Part shown: positions 57,897 through 64,000 of the stretch, piece after piece
How positions within the stretch are numbered: the stretch's first letter is position 1
Layout: each line of letters opens with the position of its first letter
Source: Eledone cirrhosa
Taxonomy: Eukaryota
Direction of reading: 5' to 3'
Assembly (NCBI GenBank): GCA_964016885.1
Contig: OZ024759.1
Coordinates: 24,304,001 to 24,368,000 of the forward strand
DNA length: 64,000 bases
Position numbers and translations under genes: made by a program
The notes under the pieces: generated by a model
What the model was told of the DNA's origin: nothing
Seen by the model: the letters and a program-made list of their open reading frames with translations, nothing else
Databases searched by the model: none

Positions 57897-58040
57897 ATTC
57901 TTTAGAAATCATCAGGATGATTTCTAAAGAATGAAACAGTTCTAGTCCTGTAGAATCTCATCTATATTAAAACTTTTATACTCTGCTATGTATTGAGTAC
58001 CTTACTTACTGTAGTTACCTCCGATTCAACCCGGAATAAC
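57897..58040 (+). mobile_element. Family X copy with short 5' hairpin
   Basis: attctttagaaatcat-cagg-atgatttctaaagaat, then family body. Confidence 0.8.
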
Positions 58041-58049
58041 GTATATATA

Positions 58050-58123
<74 letters not shown>

Positions 58124-58482
58124 ATATAGAAATAGCTTCTACCGGAATATTATATATATTATATATATACATGTATATATATATATATACATGTATATAT
58201 ATATATATATATGTGTGTATATATATATATACATGTATATATATATATATATACATGTATATATATATATATATATGTGTGTATATATATATATACATGT
58301 ATATATATATATAGTATTTACGTATCGAGAAAGAGAAAAAAAGGGGGGATAGGTGATACATATAGTTATTTGCCAAGTAGCGTATGCCAAAGGTGCTCGA
58401 TACTAGTGCCGGCAGTATTAAATATTCGATTTAACCCCAAAAACTCTTTCCGGGCAATATAAGGAACACTTGTGATTATTTA

Positions 58483-58522
58483 TGCCCTTGAGAAGCCCAA
58501 CTGGGCGAAACGTACGTAGGTG
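58483..58522 (+). ncRNA. Hammerhead-like motif with variant core CUUGAGA
   Basis: tgcc CTTGAGA a gccc aact gggc GAAA cgtacg TA ggtg, then AATAAA. Confidence 0.55.
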
Positions 58523-58577
58523 ATATTTTAAATAAACATGTTTTAACGGTCTATTCTCCGATTTTTTACTTTCCCAC

Positions 58578-58633
<56 letters not shown>

Positions 58634-58956
58634 ATTATATATTATTATATATACATGTATATATAAATGTATATATATATATATGTATATATATATATAC
58701 ATGTATATATATATATATTTGTATAAATATAAGTATGTATACATACATAGATATATGTATACAGACGTACAGTAGTATGTATATTCATCCATACATGCAC
58801 ACATATATATATATGTACGTATCGGTTTACATCGTTCCTTTGTCAGTGTTGAACATTTATTATAATGTTCGGTTTGTTTGTAAAAAAAACAGCCCGAATT
58901 AAGCCGTACAGTGTTCGGCAACCATCGTTGCCCTTTTGTTCAACACTGACAAAGGA

Positions 58957-58999
58957 ACGATGAACTAGTTTCTAGCTTATTAGCTGTCATCAGCACCGT
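58957..58999 (-). ncRNA. Well-formed minimal type I hammerhead ribozyme
   Basis: Reverse complement: acggtg CTGATGA c agct aata agct a GAAA ctag TT catcgt (6-bp stem I, palindromic CUAG loop III). Confidence 0.85.
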
Positions 59000-59268
59000 A
59001 TATTTTCCTGTCAATTGATTGATCGTTTGAAAGTATATACTTTCCTTATGCATATTAACGGCTGAGCAGCCTAATTTGCATATCGAGTGAGTTAGTCGGC
59101 CGGGCGCACCGAAAACGATAAATGGAAAAAATGAAATGAAATTTCATTTCTCACTCTTAGTACGGCTGATACTTAAATATAAGTATGTATATGTACATAC
59201 ATATATGTATACAGACGTACAGTAGTATGTATATTCATACATACATGCACACACACACACACACACAT

Positions 59269-59308
<40 letters not shown>

Positions 59309-60060
59309 ATATATATATATTTGTATACACTACTATTGTTACTATCGCTTTCCTCTAGCCATGGGAACTTGGAGACATGAGCCGAATACTACCATTCTAT
59401 TATACATGTGATGTGGGACTGCTCTTTCTAATAACCAACTTTTCACTATCTTATTAATTTGTGTTTGAGAGACGTTAACTGAGAGATTTTGGCGGGAACG
59501 AAAAGATTTGTTTTCTATTCTGCCGCCACCACGTAAAAGTTTGTAAATCGGTGACTCGTCGAGGGACAGAGTTGTATCGGATTCCAGTTGCTAATCACTT
59601 TACCGTGTCGGCTGTCACAAACAGTCATGGCCGGCATGGGCTGGGGTTTGGATTCTTTTGATCGATTGGTTATTGATTAGGCGATACCTGCTGATGAAGC
59701 CACATACACCGATTATGCATTGCTGCATAATATATGCAGACGGAGGGTGCAGTGCACCTTACTGCTGTATTAAGTGTGGCCGAAACTCGCGTCCGGGAAC
59801 TATTATAGGCACCCGTTTTACGTGTGTTGTATTGAAGCGAATAACTATGTGTATACTCTGGGAATGTATCTTACATCGCCTATTGAGTACGCTGAGATAC
59901 AACCGGTCCTGGCATTGATAAATATGATGGGTCCGTCAACTCCTTATTATATGCAAATATATATAGTTATCAATTTAGAATCAGACCTTACAGGTGGCCG
60001 AACATTTTCGCAGTAACTTTGAGAGATATATGTCTTCCTAGATAGATTCACGCACTCCGT

Positions 60061-60105
<45 letters not shown>

Positions 60106-60218
60106 ATAATAATAAATTTGAAGACTAAAATCCAAAGAGGGCTCGATAAGGATAAATATATATCAATATATATCAATATATATCAATAAATATTTATCAA
60201 TATAAAGCTGGAATTATA

Positions 60219-60269
<51 letters not shown>

Positions 60270-60404
60270 TATATATGTAAAGTAATCCCCACCCACACGC
60301 ACTTATCCATCATTAACTGGCGTTAGGAACATAATTCAACAAAGGTTCTTAAATATAATTATAACCAAAGTATAAAAAAATACTAAAACTATTCTTCTTT
60401 GCAC

Positions 60405-60720
60405 ACTTATTCCTTATATGGTCGCGTGAGCAGAGTCCTCAGATACACTTTCGTTAGGGTTCTATCAGAAACAACCATCTCCAAATGATCCCCAAGTGTG
60501 ACCAACCATGATCATGGATGTTATCCCGCGATCTTTGTCCTCTTCCATCTGGCTCGTCCCCTAAAATCTGCCCATCGACTCTTTCCTTAGACATTTTAAC
60601 CCTATGTCTATAGTATCGGAGCCGTGATCTTTCGATGCGAAGTAGTAGTTGTTTTATATACAGTGATTCCCTCATCTCAAAGCTACAAACTCTATTGAAT
60701 AACATTATCCCTAAGGACCC
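60405..60720 (-). mobile_element. RTE-type LINE 3' fragment
   Basis: LLLRIERSRLRYYRHRVKMSKER..QIL...DNIHDHGWSHLGI. Confidence 0.75.
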
Positions 60721-61498
60721 AATTTCGGCGGTTTGTATTCAGAATGGTATTTTGGGGGTTAATACCCAAGATTCATGACCCTAAGTAAAGGTAAACACGA
60801 ACATCGAATTAAAGACAGTAACGTAAATACGTAAATATTTGTTGTTTGTTGTATCAACGTTTCTTTTCCTCCAGAGATATCCGGATGAAATAATTAATAG
60901 CTTACTTTTCTTCTCTTTAATTTTTGGTAAATATTTTTTTTTCTGTAAAAGTTTTGTGTTTGTTTCACTGAGAGTCCCTCTTGATCTGAAAGCTGGAATT
61001 ATAATTAAACAGTAAACCGATAAATATTTTCCGTCTACTGTATTAATTTGTAATGGAATTTCAAGAATGTATTCTAATGAATTTTTAAAGTATAAACAGT
61101 AACTGTGCGATATTATGTGTCTGGGGGAAGTAGGAAATGTACAAAGTAAGCTTATGTGCCTCGTTGATCTTGTTGCTTTTGCTGCTGTTGCTGCTGTTGC
61201 TGCTGCTGCTACTACTACTGTTCTAGTGAGGCGGTAAATTGGCAAAATCACTCAAATTCTGACAAGGTAAACTTTGCCTTTCATCCTTTTGAAATACCAG
61301 TCCAGAGGTCGTTTCTAAATCTATATCACTTTCTTGCCCACCATATCTATCCCTCTCACTTCTCTCAAAGAAATCGGCTGTGTTCATACCTGGAAAGGGG
61401 CAAGTTCCACTAGGTTTGAATATTATAACAACCCTCCGAGGAGGTCGATAAATAAAGTACCAACCCAGTATTGGGGTCAATTGTTGGCATTGCTTCCA

Positions 61499-61536
<38 letters not shown>

Positions 61537-61538
61537 TG

Positions 61539-61574
<36 letters not shown>

Positions 61575-61579
61575 TGTAT

Positions 61580-61661
<82 letters not shown>

Positions 61662-62211
61662 ATGGCTGTGAGTCCAACTCTATGTTTATAATGTTTACTC
61701 CATTTCTATTATATCCTTTGGGAGATAATAGAAATGGAGCTTAGATCCCCCCCCCCCACCTTCAGTACTATTTTTGAAGACCCCATGGGGTCAAAGCACC
61801 CTAGTTCGCGAAACATTATTTTAGAGCGTGTTAGCGGTCGAGAATCGAGAAATAAAACGAATCTTTCTAAGGACTAATGCTTGGCTGTGTTTAAAAAGTT
61901 CACTTCGCAACTAAATGTATCTTGGTTGAATCCTAGTGGGGAGGAAACAGCTACAAAAGAATAGAAAAAAAAAGACATTCACACACATAAACACATAAAT
62001 ACAATTGTTTCTCTTTTGTTTTTATTTTATAATCATTTTTTTACATTTTTTGTACATGATGAACCTCTGCTCAAAATAATAACATGAATAGTTTAATATA
62101 TTATTTTATCACACGTTTATTTTCTTTATCTTTATCTTCGATTTTTTTTTCTTTTCTTTTCGTACATTTTTAAATATAATAATAATAATAGTAATAATAA
62201 TAGTAATAATA

Positions 62212-62635
62212 ATGGTTTCTCATTTAGGCACAAGGCCAACAATTTCGGGGAAGGGGAAAGTCGATTAAAGTTCGTTAGTGGTACTTTATTTTAACGACCC
62301 CCGTAAGGATAAAAGGCAAAGCTAACCTCGGCGGGATTGGAACACAGAACGTAAAGGGTCGCAACTATGCTGCAAAGCAACATGTACGATGCTCTACCGA
62401 TTCTGCCAATCCACCGCCCTTCTAATGGTTTCTAATTTATACACGAGGCCTGCAATTTTGGGAGAGTGTTAAATTGACTCCCAGTACTTGACTGGTACTT
62501 TACTTTATCGATGAAACGATAAAAATGAAAGGCAAAAATCGACCTCGACGGGATTTGAACTCAGATCGTAGAGAGCCGGAACAAATATCACGAAGCATTT
62601 TCTCCGATGTTTTAACGATTCTGCTAATCCGTTAC
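62212..62635 (-). mobile_element. Two adjacent older SINE copies
   Basis: Consensus match, more diverged. Confidence 0.85.
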
Positions 62636-62891
62636 TTCGGATCAAAAATAAAGACGTAGCATCATGCCATGTAATGTCTTGGTAATTAGAATACCATCTT
62701 AAATACCATCTTAAATCAATGTCCAGACTTATGATAAAGCAAAGTCTGGTGTAAAATATACACATAAGGCAAATATCTAAATTTGACAATGTTAACAAAC
62801 ACACAGCCACACACACACACACTCATGCACAGATATACACTCATACAATCGTTCTCTCGTATCGTAATTTTCTTGAATACTATAATGTATG

Positions 62892-62922
<31 letters not shown>

Positions 62923-63043
62923 GTATAATAATTCAGAAAGGACTCGATAATATATATATTCATATATATTCATTATATATATATTATACATAATACATAC
63001 ATATATATATATATATATATTCATTATATATATATAATACATA

Positions 63044-63102
<59 letters not shown>

Positions 63103-63207
63103 TTATATATATGTACTATACATAATACATCCATATATATATATTATATTCATTATATATATATTATACATAATACATATTATATATATATATATATATA
63201 TACATAT

Positions 63208-63268
<61 letters not shown>

Positions 63269-63369
63269 AAAGTTCTATTTAAATTGTTGGGATACAACAA
63301 GTAAATATTTTTATAACTGATATAAAGCACTCGACAAGTATTTGGAGTAGATATACGATATTAATATCG

Positions 63370-63427
<58 letters not shown>

Positions 63428-63805
63428 ATTGTATATATATAATATATGATATACATTATATATAATCATGTGACTCTGTGTGGGTGGGTGTGCAATTGTT
63501 GATCAAATACCTATTTGAACAGGTTAAAAGAAGATTTGAAGATCCCGAAAAAGGTTTAAAGCAAAATTGTTGGTTTAAAATTTTAATCTGTTCAAATAAT
63601 ATACATATATATACATTCTTTCAATCGGTTCATCCATCTATTTTTTTTTTTTTTCCGCCTCTTATCATTTTATATATTACAATTGGTGTGATTTATTTTG
63701 ACACTAAACAAAAATAGATGAAAGAAAACTTATATATATCAAATTTTATGTATATATATATATATATATAAAATTAATTAAAATTTATCTATATATATAG
63801 AATTG

Positions 63806-63857
<52 letters not shown>

Positions 63858-63930
63858 ATTGAATTTCATATATATATAAAATTAGATATGTTTGTATATA
63901 ATTACATTCTATGTATATATGTATACAATT

Positions 63931-63984
<54 letters not shown>

Positions 63985-64000
63985 GTATGTATGTATATTC

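Overview
Repeat-saturated, AT-rich eukaryotic DNA with no supportable intact host gene. The SINE family and the (TA)n/(CA)n/(CT)n density suggest an octopus-like mollusc (inference). 1-16.5 kb is a ~70-copy 235-bp satellite with higher-order variant structure and a decaying edge. The rest is microsatellite-rich and holds: a 3.6-kb palindrome of a 5'-truncated Penelope-like element (PLE; GIY-YIG C-terminus), a frameshifted Tx1-type LINE RT, a 632-bp x ~5 tandem array, ~20 tRNA-derived SINE copies and RTE LINE 3' ends. The main signal is about a dozen minimal type I hammerhead ribozyme (HHR) motifs from several unrelated PLE-like families. They are mostly bordered by (TA)n and often folded back into palindromes, and some inverted-repeat breakpoints fall exactly at the predicted cleavage site or in stem II. 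Nearly all listed ORFs are satellite or microsatellite artefacts.
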